Shown here: positions 15,130 to 27,493 of the stretch, one piece after another
Position numbering within the stretch: the stretch's first letter is position 1
Layout of the letters: every line of letters starts with the position of its first letter
DNA from: Paraglomus brasilianum
Lineage: Eukaryota
Direction of reading: 5' to 3'
DNA length: 32,326 nucleotides
Assembly: GCA_910592345.1 (NCBI GenBank)
Contig: CAJVPI010000377.1
Coordinates: 1-32,326, forward strand
Notes under the pieces: model-generated
What the model saw: the letters and a program-made list of their open reading frames with translations, nothing else
Told to the model about the DNA's origin: nothing
Database searches by the model: none
Made by a program: the position numbers and the translations under genes

Positions 15130-16332
15130 TCACATGTTAACCGGCTTAAACTTTTTCGCACCACCATTAGGCAAGACAGCCTGAGCACACGGAGCACCTG
15201 AATCGCTCCTCAAATGCCTGTTTAAGGCGTCCAACCGCGCAAATGCTCTTCCACAATGCGAGCAGACATGTGGTTTGAAACCCAAATGCAAGTTATAGTG
15301 CCTCTTCCTATCATGTTGTCTTGCAAATGCTCTCGTACATCCTTGATATCCACAGACGAACGGACGTTCGTTTGTATGTGTTCTGAGGTGAGATTTGAGA
15401 TTGTATTGACGGGTAAAGGTTTTCGGACAATCGCCGTGTGGACAATGGAACGGAGCTGACGATCTGGATTTGCGAGACGGTTTGGGAGGAGCGAGGTTCA
15501 TTGTATGTAGACGTTGTACCATGTCCACCGGGAGTTGTTTGCGATGCGATCGAGAGGGTTTGGTTGTAGCAGTGGTCTGCGACGTTGCAGTAGTGGAGGT
15601 TGCAGTGTTCGTACCAGCAGTTGTACTAGTGCCGTTGTTATTACTGGTATCCATGTCGTGCCTTGTTTCCTCGGTAACCATTCTTGCCATTGGGGGTACG
15701 TTCGGATATAGACTATCGGCAATGGCCTGTGCTTTGGTGGGCGTGATGGGAGTAGCGGGAAACAGGTTGAGAGTCGGGGCATTCAAACGAGAATGTTCTG
15801 CAACTATGGCTTCCAGAGCAGCATGTGTATTTGGCGTTAGGATGGTATTGTTTTCGTCGTTGCTTAGCGATGCTATGTTTGTGTTCAATTTCAATGATCC
15901 GAATGGATTGTTTTCCCTCGTCATGATTTGATCGGGAGACATTTGTGGGAATGGAGCAAAGTTGGCAAAGTCCAAGTGACTATGAACAAAGTCTTGGGTT
16001 TCGAATTCTTCGCTGAATTCGAATGAATTCCTTCGTTGTTCTTCTTCGAGAAATTCCTGGGGTATGTTGGGGCTAGATAATACAGAACTGCCACAGGAGG
16101 AATATTCGTCGGACAAAGGTTCGTAATCACTAATACTAGACGATGATTCGTAGATCGATGATTGCGGTGAGCCGTACGACGGGGTATAATCTTGCCCGTA
16201 GAAGAATGAAACAGCAAAAGGGTCCTGAGGGTCGATATAGCAAGAGTCTTGGAGATCTTTTGTTTCGAAAGAAGGAGAGTGGGTAGAGGTGAGAAAGTAT
16301 GGTGAGGGAATGTCGTGCAGTGATGAGTCCAT
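15130..16332 (-). CDS. CRZ1: Crz1/CrzA-type C2H2 zinc-finger transcription factor, single coding exon, 400 aa (family-level call; may be a paralog rather than the ortholog)
   Basis: Three C-terminal fingers with Crz1-signature helices FTRQYNLKSHLRTH-TNERPF, FARQHDRKRH, FARLDALNRH. Ser-rich N-terminus, RRNS site, PxIxIT-like PTLNLF followed by TP sites. Confidence 0.8.
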   Translation of the reverse strand: MDSSLHDIPSPYFLTSTHSPSFETKDLQDSCYIDPQDPFAVSFFYGQDYTPSYGSPQSSIYESSSSISDYEPLSDEYSSCGSSVLSSPNIPQEFLEEEQRRNSFEFSEEFETQDFVHSHLDFANFAPFPQMSPDQIMTRENNPFGSLKLNTNIASLSNDENNTILTPNTHAALEAIVAEHSRLNAPTLNLFPATPITPTKAQAIADSLYPNVPPMARMVTEETRHDMDTSNNNGTSTTAGTNTATSTTATSQTTATTKPSRSHRKQLPVDMVQRLHTMNLAPPKPSRKSRSSAPFHCPHGDCPKTFTRQYNLKSHLRTHTNERPFVCGYQGCTRAFARQHDRKRHYNLHLGFKPHVCSHCGRAFARLDALNRHLRSDSGAPCAQAVLPNGGAKKFKPVNM

Positions 16333-19300
16333 TTAGAGGCTGAGCAATTACTCTTTGTGGTAGCTTTTTTTTTTATAGTAGGGAGTTGAGACGTATAATG
16401 CTTTTTTGTGCGAGATGATCGGAGGGCGTATGGAAATGTTCCTGTTGGAATTTGGATGTGGCTGGGATTTCCTTTTGGGGATCGAATAATGTGATTAGAT
16501 AGAGGGAAAAAAGGGTGAAAGAGAGCGTATATATTTATAAAGTGTTTTCGAGTTAAATCTTAAAGCGTAGCCAAGAGTCTTAGTTCAAAATATCATAAAT
16601 TTTTTGCTATTGCTGTCTGATGTTCGTAAAAGCAGCAGAGCGTGTGATGCTTGGGTGTTTTCCAGTATACGGAATATCGTAGAGCTAGCCGTATATAAAA
16701 TATATATGAAACGATAGAGCTGACAAAATAATATGATGCACTATTTATCTGATGGATGAGCTGAAGTGGGATTAGAAACAGATGCTTTGAGAGCGAGAGA
16801 GAATGGGAGGAGGACGATGGGTAATATTTATAAAAAAGTGACCACCTATTATGATATATACAAGTTAATCTAAATGAGATTGTCTCTTATAAATAGAATA
16901 TATGTGTATATAATACGTCGTATAAATAATACATTATATAATATATTCAATAGTATTGTATATGTACATCACACAATACCGCATTGTATATATAATTATT
17001 AATTATATTACTACTTCATCTGATGTATCACAAATCTTCAATTGGGAGATGTGTCCCGCGCAGGTAATGTTGGGATAAAAATATTTTATACTAAAACGTT
17101 CATTAAGAGAAAGAATTTACCTTCAAGTCTAATAAGCAAGTTTGATACGACTTTTTAATATTAGAAAACTGATCATATTAAATTTTTGCATTAATAAATC
17201 GTTCAATATTGTAATTACGACATTGTCACTCGCATGAATAATATCATCGCTGTCATCATTATATCGTCATCGCTGTCATCGCTATTATAATGGTCACAGT
17301 TCATAAAGTCATATCGACATTCCCATATTTAGTATGAAAAAGTTGAGCAAGTAAAAAGTGAAGGGCTAACACCCCATCCCATTGTTCTAGCAACCATGTC
17401 CAACATCATACAATCTGTTACTTTGCTTCACATACCCTCATTGTCTCACCAATCAATAGTCCTCCCCCTCCCCCAATTTCAAGGCTAACTCGGCCGAATA
17501 CAACTTAAACAAAACAATTCGCCACGATCATCTCTATTGGTTGATCATCACTGTTGGTTTATTTTTAGAAAATTCTTGTGGCGAGTGACAAAAAAACGAT
17601 TAGGAATTAGTATTAGTCAATCTTCCACTCGTAAAAAAACCGGTTTTTGGAAGTTTCGGTGACAGGCTACACCAAATTGATGAGATATGCCGATTGATAA
17701 ACATAACGGTTGTCTATATAATTTCAATCTACCAAATAGAGTCAATACATATATACAAACAAAAATAATCCCATCTTTTGTTGCTAGTCCCTTTGGGCTG
17801 ATGTTTGATTACTTGCCATTATTGTAGAGAGGGATTTACAATCGACATGGCGTGAATGCAGGGTTTCAACAGAGTGGGTGGAATATGCCATGACCCATTT
17901 TTCGATTTACCTCGTCTTTGAAAATTAACCCGCACATCCCCGGAATGGTTTTTTTCGAAAGAAATAAAAAAAAAGCAAAGATTTTCTGTCGTTCCCGTTT
18001 CATCGATAAGCGAAAACAACCATTAGTAGGACTAGATGACTTTTTGATCTGCAAAATCCTAGTAACGAATCAGAGTGACCTGATGGTCACGTTGACTGCC
18101 AGTTTCATTTTAATTTCCATTTTAATCTCATACTTTACCATTTGTCATACACTTATTCCATACGATGCGGCCGATGTGTGAGATGATCAAAGACAATCCG
18201 CAGTATATGCTAGTGTATTGTGTTTAACCTGGTACACTTTGTGTTTACTCATATTTACGTCATCATTACAAGTGGCACATGTGACTGACTATATAGTGAT
18301 AGAAAGATTTCTCTATTAAAACGATGCTGTACTTTTCAACTGTTGCTATAAACCCAACCCAAACGTTATATCCCCAAATGCGTTAGCAACAAATTTGAGG
18401 AAACGGCTGACAAAGCAAAAAAACCTACCACGTATTCAGGGTAGATTGGCGGTTTATTAAACTTTTCGCTGTTATCCGACGGGGAATTGAAGGTTTTGAG
18501 TTTGTATTAGTATTAGTTGGGGATAAATTCGTTCCCGATACTAAAAGTCAAAAAAACGCTCCCATGTTGCTCAGAGTTATTATTAGAATTGATCTTACCA
18601 AGATATGTAATACGACGCACAAATCATTTTAAGAGGTGAGGGGGTGGGGAATTTTTTTTTTTAAAACGTTGCCAATAAGATTGGAGATGAACGAGTTGAC
18701 ACGAAAATGACTATAAAGTAAATACGTAATAATCGGATTTACAGTATCTAGGAATTAACGTTTATGTAATTTACATCCACGAGAAGCGATATGAGGTGAG
18801 CTCAAACTGGTTACCAATGATACAATTATTTAACGCGGACAAATCAGAATTAGGCAGAATTTGCAAATTTATTTTGAAAGGAAAATAATATCAAGTGATT
18901 TTCTAATTCTTACATGAAACTAAAAGACAATGTTGATATTCAAATACTTGTGCTCTGTAATTGGAGTCTAAAAGATGAAAAACACAATGACTATGTAATT
19001 GTTGTCTTTTGGTTTTTCTGGATTATTCATCTGAACAAAGAAAGACTTTTCCGGAATAATTCAATTATTAGTTTATTTACTGCAACAGTACTACACTCCC
19101 CTTTCTCCCACGGAAAACACGAATTGACCAATCGGCCAATGAAGTATATGCGAGCAAAAATAGGTTTGGTTTGAGGGATGAGCATTGCGGGGATTATTAA
19201 GTCAATAATTAGTGCATATAAATAAAGATGACCGTATAGGGACTAATCAAAAGTTGCACTGTTTACTCATTTGATTATCTATAAATATTAACCAATTCGA

Positions 19301-22300
19301 ACTAGGTTACGATCAATTCATTTCCTAAATCTATAGATAATAATGCATTTGATGATTATCACATTTACGGTATTTCGTTCCAGGGGATTGGTAATCGAAA
19401 CATAAAGACAAAAATAGAACACCCGACCCAGGATTATGTATAGATAACAAGGCAATAATCTCAAACGTCCAAGCGTAATATGTCGTGCGTGGTATTTTAC
19501 CTTTTACCGATACCAAAATCAAACAGTGACATTAATGAGTCTCGTCTAGACTCATAAACCCATGTATACGAGGGAAAAAAAAACGTTGTTAAAACATGCA
19601 TAAATTTTCAAGTTTCCTTGTAAAGTATATAAAGAAAAAGCAATAAAGCGAATTTGGAATACTGGTTTATTACGTTATTCTCCTTTGTGCAATAAGAGGT
19701 GTACGTATATAGTTAGTTACCAAATATTGAAGGAATACCAGCCCCAAAAACAAACTAGCATAAAGATTGACAAAAACGGTATTGTTTCAGTAAAGTTTTT
19801 TTTCGAATGGCTTATTCGTTTGGTCAAGATAGTTTATTTCCTAGTCACGTTTTGCCCAAATATGAAGTAAATACTTCCGATATGGTTCACAAGCATGGAA
19901 ATCCTTTAGCTGAACATGGATCGATTTACGGCTTACAAATCAAGTAAACAAAGAGAATGGTTTCTCTCCCCCCCCAATAGATGACATGGTGTTACCATCC
20001 ATCTTATTTTTATCACATCAATGCACAGTTAATCAACGATCGAGAGAATGAGCAATTAATTCATTTTAATTAATATAGCTTAACTTGTCTGATAACCACT
20101 GATAGATCAGAGAAAGACTACAATTTAGCAGATGCAAGCGAATTAACATTATGATCTCTTTTGGGCAAGTTTAGTTCTTGGCGGTAGCACACTTTAACGA
20201 CAATGCTGAGCTTTGTTCAATCAATCCATTTCTTTTATACGCGGTATCGACATAAATAAATTACCGTCATGTTGCTTTAACTTGTCAATGTCCATTATCT
20301 TGCGTGTGCTAATCAAACGCAAGCTCTGACTAGATCACTATAGTGCATCTTAAACTTATGTTCAATTGTTTGACAGTAATCAAAGGTGGAGAAACGAAAA
20401 ATGTATGTGTCGCATTTATAAAATCAACTTACTCCATAATAAATATGCTTCTTCTGTGTAGCCGTTTCTAGACCATTTTATTATATAACGCAACCAGTGC
20501 ATTCAACAAAGTTTTCAACAACAGATGAATGCGCACGTTAATTGAGAGCCTTCCTAAAGCCCCATATTAAATTTCATTGATATCACCGTATACAATGTGT
20601 GACCCAATAACGATCGGTGTGCAAAAACGTGTACAAACAATATTGTGTTGAACTGATACAAGAGGTTTCATAAATTATCAGTAAAGTTAAAATATCTAAT
20701 CAATGTTCACAATTCGCTCATTTTAACTTCGCAAATTTTGATTATAATCATGGAGGAGTGAGAGAAAATTGTCGGTGCACAGATTCTGTAACAGCTGACT
20801 AGAGTAGTAAATTGGCAGAAAGTACTCACAATTACATTGAGTAAAGTCTTTGCTATGTTAAAGATTAACATAATTAATGAATTCGGCCTTGTATCTTTAA
20901 GAGTCCGCAAAGCCGATCAAGTGCAATGGTGTGTCATCCGACATACTGTGCAAATTTAAAAATAGCTGTTCATATTCTATCACGAATGTGATCACGAGTT
21001 CACCTTTCACTGGGAGAATAATCCGAGAGGTACAATTTATCATAATGTACAACAAATAAATAAGGTTTTACCTTGACTGCATTGTAGATACGTTAATTAG
21101 TGGAATAAAACATCCCATTATGTCATTATTCATAGTAAATAGCCGAGAAATTGATGGAGCAAGCCAATCAGCAATTAATTTATAAGCTAAATCTCACGTT
21201 TTTGACAAAATAGTAAACAAACATTCTGCTTGACTGTTCTACCAATTAATAAGCAAGCCACTCCGGGATTAGAAATCTTGCTGCGATCAATGCTCGTGTA
21301 ACTATATGCAGCGGCGGGTATGTATGTGTGCCGATGCATCACAAGGAAATTTAACTAAAAAGGTAATTTACTATCGTAATGGACAGTCAAAGTAAAAGAA
21401 AAATAAAGCGGGATGATTTCATTGAAAACAAATAATACTCGCCTGACAATTGATAAATGATCCCATTTACGCATCTACATCGAAGGTTCTATGCGCGAAG
21501 ACTGTGACATGCCACAAACAGAAAAGGTAAATCACGCCACAAACAAATTCAGGGATGTGCATCTCAATTGTACCACAAAAATGATGTAATTGTGATATTT
21601 CATTCAAGTATTACCTCTCACTGTGCTTGTGGAACTTCGAAACTGCCCGTGAAAAAATTTGGTAAAGGAAAGGTCATACTAACTAATTAACAAGACATTT
21701 TTAAATTTAGATAAAATTGGTATTAAACTCATTATTCGTGTGGATAAACAACGCTAATTCACGTCATAACGTTATTGAAAATCATTTAAATCTATCAAAT
21801 TAACCAATCATAAGCAATAGTAATTACAAAACCAAAATGAAAGTACCATTACATTTCGTTGCCAAACATGTCAAATACCTGAACTTTTATTTACATAAAC
21901 TTTTTTAAATTGTTACTTGTCTAGGATTTTGAGCTAAAAACTTGGGATTGTTTATTTAATCAATGCTACTAAATCCGCAAGACCTGTCCATTATCTCTTA
22001 AATAGTTGGCACTAATTCTATATTGTCTCATTAATGTCTTTTTCGACTAATTTCGTTAAACTTCATATACGTTACAATTAAATGATTGGCATCCAACAGT
22101 CTCGTCTGCTGTCTCTGCCAATTGGCAAAGTAAAAATACCATCTTTTTTTTTTATTGACTGCCTTGTTGCAGACATCGTCAACACAGAAAGTAATTCTGA
22201 TTACTTTTTACCGTTCTTGGAGTCAAGTTGTTTTGGTGTGCTTAAAGTAGAAAGCGAAATAGAGCAAGTACTTAGCAAAATGACCAAAAATGAAACATCT

Positions 22301-24152
22301 GTAACCGGGGTAACCGAAATCCTCAAGCATTGTTATACGTAGGACGAGCACTGTCAATAACGTTTGACAAGATACTAAACAAGTTCCGCAGCATAGACAG
22401 TCACACCGCTTGACAATGTAACCCATTATCACTATTATTGCTCTTGGCAAAGAATATCAACAGCAATTATTCGCAATTTATTCTCACAACGTGCATCTAT
22501 CGTTTACTTGGCATAACCTAAAAATTGCGAGATTAACCCTGCGTTTAGTATTTTAATTCAATTGGTATAATTGCCATATCTACATCCAGTAAACGCATCG
22601 TACGTACGATATATCACTGTTAAGTTATGTCAGCGATTGATTGGTTCAATCGAACGAGTCACATTACACTACAAAATTATTTTTAGTCAAGGCGGTGCAG
22701 TGTGTCTAACGGTGATTATGGAGTGATAATACAATTTAGCAATAATAGAAATAAGAATAATGTAGCATCAGGTGGGTTAGGAATATCCGACCCATTGAAT
22801 CGTATCATATTGTGTCATGATTCAAAAATGTCAAATTCTAGATTTAGACAGCGGTTAATTTATCCCCGATGAGCACATGTTGTGAACAATTTAACGAGTA
22901 CAATCACAGATTTAGTTTATCTATTAATGCATCTGCTATGCACCATATTTAGTATTATATTTTAGTATACAACAATTCCCATCCATAGAGACATCTCAAT
23001 TTCACAGCCATGTTCGGCATAACCCGTTGAAAGCTAATTCATTCAACTCTATCAACAAGATAACAATGAACATTTATTTACGATCAACCGTTTTCGCTAT
23101 GTTGTCGGATAAATCACATTCCGTGTTATCTGACGAAATATACCACTTAAAGTTATTTCTAGTAAACACGAGAATTAATATGCGTATAGTCCGGCCAAAA
23201 CCGCCCAATTTACATATGTGGTTGCATATACAGCCGGTAATGTATATTTTTTGAATGTCTTATTACTGATTATTCTCCAATAAAGAAACGATAATGTTGT
23301 CAATACGTCGTTTTACTATTTTAATACTATAATTAATAAAAATGCTAATATTTCAAACCCATGTTAATCCGTCAATTCCTTCTTTATTCTTCATATTCAG
23401 ATGTAACATTTTGTTATTGCCATTTATTCCAATGACTACGTAAGACGAGGTGAAAGAACGTCAACAACTTGTAAAACTAGAAAGCGTCCAAGATGATAGG
23501 CAACCCAATTCTTGTTTGCTGACAACTTTTAATAGTTAAATTTTTAAGTATTTTACTAAGCTAAGACAGGCATGTGCTCGTTGTTACTATCATTCAAATA
23601 ATCCGTCTAGTATTACTGTCGGCCGACCAAGTCTTTTTTGTCTAGTCCATAGCTGTATAACAAAACTTGTAATTTTCTAAAGCTTTAACAGTCTTGATCT
23701 TATGCTGCTGAGTTGATAAGACAATCTTATTGACGTTTTTTTAGTCAACTGGTCGGTAGAATTATAATGTTATATTGTACCAAGACATCTACCTTAGGCA
23801 AAAACGATAACTAATTGACAAGCATTTCTGGATGTAATGTTAAAAAATGTAAACTATATGACACGGTTATTTAACAGTTTTCTCTTCTATACTGTAGTAG
23901 AAAGTTTGCGCAGAATATATTGTAGACGACGTGTTATGCTCTTGATACAATAACTGGTTTGGTAGACCTTAATGATAGACAAAGCCCGTGTTAATATTGG
24001 ACTGCTAACTACACTTTACGTACGGAAATTTGACATATTAATATCATATTTGATTTTTCTTGTTTTATTATACGTTTGCCGTTATTTTACTGTTCCTGTC
24101 CCATAATTCTATTTTATAAGTTATAATAATAATCGACCCTAATTAGCAATGT

Positions 24153-24234
24153 GGGGAGATGGCCGAGCGGTCTAAGGCGCCACGTTAAGGCCGTGGTCTC
24201 TTCGGAGGCGTGGGTTCGAATCCCACTCTCCTCA
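24153..24234 (+). tRNA. tRNA-Leu(AAG), intronless, long variable arm
   Basis: Acceptor GGGGAGA/TCTCCTC with discriminator A; A-box TGGCCGAGCGG; anticodon stem CCACG/CGTGG with loop TT-AAG-GC; variable arm CTC-TTCG-GAG; B-box GGTTCGAATCC; downstream T-runs at 24239-24242 and 24254-24260. Confidence 0.97.
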
Positions 24235-24539
24235 AATATTTTCGCCCCCTTCCTTTTTTTGGATTGCCATATTTGGTGTTCATTAACATAGGTCGCCAGA
24301 ATAATATTTTTTTGCTGTACTTTGAACATGATACTAGGCTACTGTATGTTTAGACATAATTATTATTATAATTGTGTCGATGGCTTGCAGATAGATGTCT
24401 GCATTTTCTATCCTCCTGCGTTAAAGGATACTAACGTATTTGGAGCTACAATACACGTATTGCGAGAAAGATTGCAAAGTTTATTTGATGACCGACTTTT
24501 TTCTAAGATTAAAGCAATATTGTAATCGATTTTATTTTA

Positions 24540-26560
24540 ATATCAATGTGTAGCCTTTTAAACTGAATTGAAATCTCATAACTGTTTCTCGGTTTGGGTA
24601 AATCTTCAGTAGGTAAAGGCTTACTAGAATATTTGCTTTTCCTTCTCGAGTCGCGATAAAGGCATCGCATGATTCTTATGATAAATAGTATTCCACACGT
24701 TATTATCAGAATCATATTCTAATGCTGTTGTAGATTTCTCCAACCACTGGACGCTTGTCAAGATCAGCATCACAACACATCTCGGCAATTTTCTTTATAT
24801 GCCTTCGGTGCTGAATCAGGCATCAATCCGCTATAATATCACATAGTAAATCTCGAATTGTCTGTCTCTAAAAGGTGGTTCACTAGTGGCCATCAAGTAC
24901 ATGATAATATCAAAAGAATATACGTCCGATTCTCGCGTAAATTTGCTAGCATGGACTTCTGGTGCGATAAAAGGTAAAACGCCTCGAACTGTCTTTTGAT
25001 TTCTCTGATCTAGAGAGACCAAGATCGCTGTTTTGATCAAAAAGACTACCGCTGTTAGCATATTGCATGACAATCATATGCTCTTTTGTTTCTGGTTCTT
25101 GCGTGACTCCATAAATATCAAGGAAACCATAGTGTGCACATTTGGCATGATTCCTGAGCTAGTAATAAAGATACCCCCACATTAGGTTGAAGTTGACATC
25201 AATTAATTAATAATATCAAAGATTGCGCACCTCGGAAATAAATAATTCCGAAGTAAAATCAAAGTTCTTAAAACGTTTAAGAACAACGAGTTCTGACATA
25301 CACTCTGCTGAACGGTTTTTATATTTGGCGGTATAGACTGCTCCATAGCCACCAGTTCAATTTCCTTAATTTCACCAAAGTCGGTATACCACATATACTT
25401 TACGCGTTCATTAATTTGTATAATATGGCATAAATTTCGTGGCAGAACACCAAATAATATTCTTCAGTAGATGGTTCTTGAGTGATACTAAATAATCGAA
25501 ATGTTATCTAGTGCTAATATCTCCGGATACTCTTTGTTTAGCTGTTTGATTAAAAGATACAGTCGCTACATTTAACACGTGATGCATACTTAAAATTAAT
25601 AACATTATTACATTACAAACCTGATAAAAATCAAATAATTGAGCATCCTATCTGTCAACTATCTTCTTCAATATCACTTTTGTACATTCCTTTGTAATTG
25701 GTTCTAACCAATCTGCTATATGTGTGCATCCACGGCGGAATAATGTCATCTCTTGTACCCCTTGTCAATAGAGAATACTCTACCTATTGTATATACGCAT
25801 CTTAATTAAACGTTGTATAACGAATTCAAAGACTTATTGCCTGTAGTCAACTCAAAAAGTCTTGGTGCTTTACATCTGAATGTCTCCTTCTCGTCCTTTT
25901 TTAGATAATACTTTTGTTATTTGCACCGTATATAAATCCAATGGTAATCCACATCTTTGGTAAGAATATCTGGATTTTCCTCACATAGCTAGTAGAAATA
26001 ATACGTTATGTTAAGTCATCGATTGATAAACATAGTATGAATCATCCATCTCATTTGTTACTTCAAGCGGGTCTTACAAACAGCAGATAGACCCATTGTG
26101 TATCCCTTATCTCATTCCAGATAGGCTTACTATCACAATGGGATTATCCGTTTATAGTACCGGTCTTTTACAAAATCAGGCCCAAAATTGCTGAGGGTAC
26201 TATGCTTTAGTCAGATAAATACGGTAGTTGCGATTCTTAGGCAGTAATATCTTCTGGACTTGTTGTATTAATATCGTATTTATGCTTGCGTGTTGGAAGT
26301 GAGTATTTTCTGGTAAACTCGCTCACCAGTGCTGGTGTACATTCCAAATAATTGCAACATAATCATCGTTTGATAAACTTTTCCGCCATCCCCTTTTGGT
26401 TTACGAATAGCATAATGGACAGTATCAGTTTGACTTGACTTTATCTCGGTGATTTCCGAGTAAGGAACCCATTTAAGTTTATAACCGTGTTCTTGAATCA
26501 GGCTGTCAATTGTCGTATAAACCCGAAACTAACGACATCGTTCTGATACACCTCGGGAGA
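24540..26560 (-). pseudogene. Degenerate tyrosine-kinase-like (TKL) gene, apparently with tandem kinase-type domains
   Basis: Frameshifted pieces in the expected order: IDSLIQEHGYKLKWVPYSEITEIK, WYTDFGEIKEIE, VRGVLPFIAPEV..KFTRESDVYSFDIIMYLMATSEPPF, CCDADLDKRP, SKPLPTEDLPKPRNS. Many stops and indels; boundaries approximate. Confidence 0.75.
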
Positions 26561-27493
26561 ACATTTCTAGATACTTTTGTAATCGTTGTTATACTAAGTG
26601 ATATTAAATGTGCAGGAAACAGTTTCCTTTATTAACAATAGCATAAGTATAATGATAAACACAGTTCACTGTCACGGTCTTCTGCCATTGAGCAATTAGA
26701 ACTATCTAAGTGTTTTACAAAGGTCTATAGTATCGGTGGCTATAAAAAAGCTTGCAGAGCATTTGGTTGTCTTGTCTGTCTTTTATTAAAAAAAAAAAAT
26801 ACTGTACATTATACAAACGTTCTTTGGCACATACTAAATTTTCTCAACCAAATACATCTTGCATTGTAATAATATTAATAATATATTATGAAACGGTAGA
26901 TCTGATTGTTAAAGTCAGCATAATCTATAGGTCTTCTTTCCTGAAGAGACATCCCAGCTTAAAGGTTCAGTATTTTTGGTTCTGTAAGTACTGATAGTCA
27001 TGAGCCCATCATTGATAGTCCCAATTATTTCGACAAATAGTGGCTTACACTCGACAGAGACAATAATTTCTAACTGAAATACAGTAAGTCTATTGCTCTT
27101 TCTTTGAAATAGTAGAAGGTATTATTGTACATTTGTCAGTCTTTTCATCTCATTTTGATTACATTGTTTGTCATTAAATAAAACATTAAGCGTTAAATCA
27201 AGAATTGGCTGAATTAGAATGTGCATGTAAAAATAATATGAATGTCGTGACCCATTAAATATTGAGGGCCAATGCAGTAGTGCCGCTTTATTCTGAGATA
27301 AGAAAATAAAAGTGAATTACCCATTTTATGCTGTTGAAAACGATTACACCTACGATATTTCTTGCAAGTTTTTCGTGTCGCGTTCTGCTTGTGTCACCTC
27401 CGTGATCCCTACATAGCCAACCAACTAACTCTTGATTCGCTACCATCAAAAATTTGTTGGAAATCAGATCAGATTATTATTATATCTATCGCT

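Noticed and set aside
22082..22450. Overlapping short ORFs
   Set aside because: No recognisable motif or consistent splice structure.
17400..22700. Apparent clustering of CCAAT boxes
   Set aside because: A rough count is close to the expectation for this base composition.
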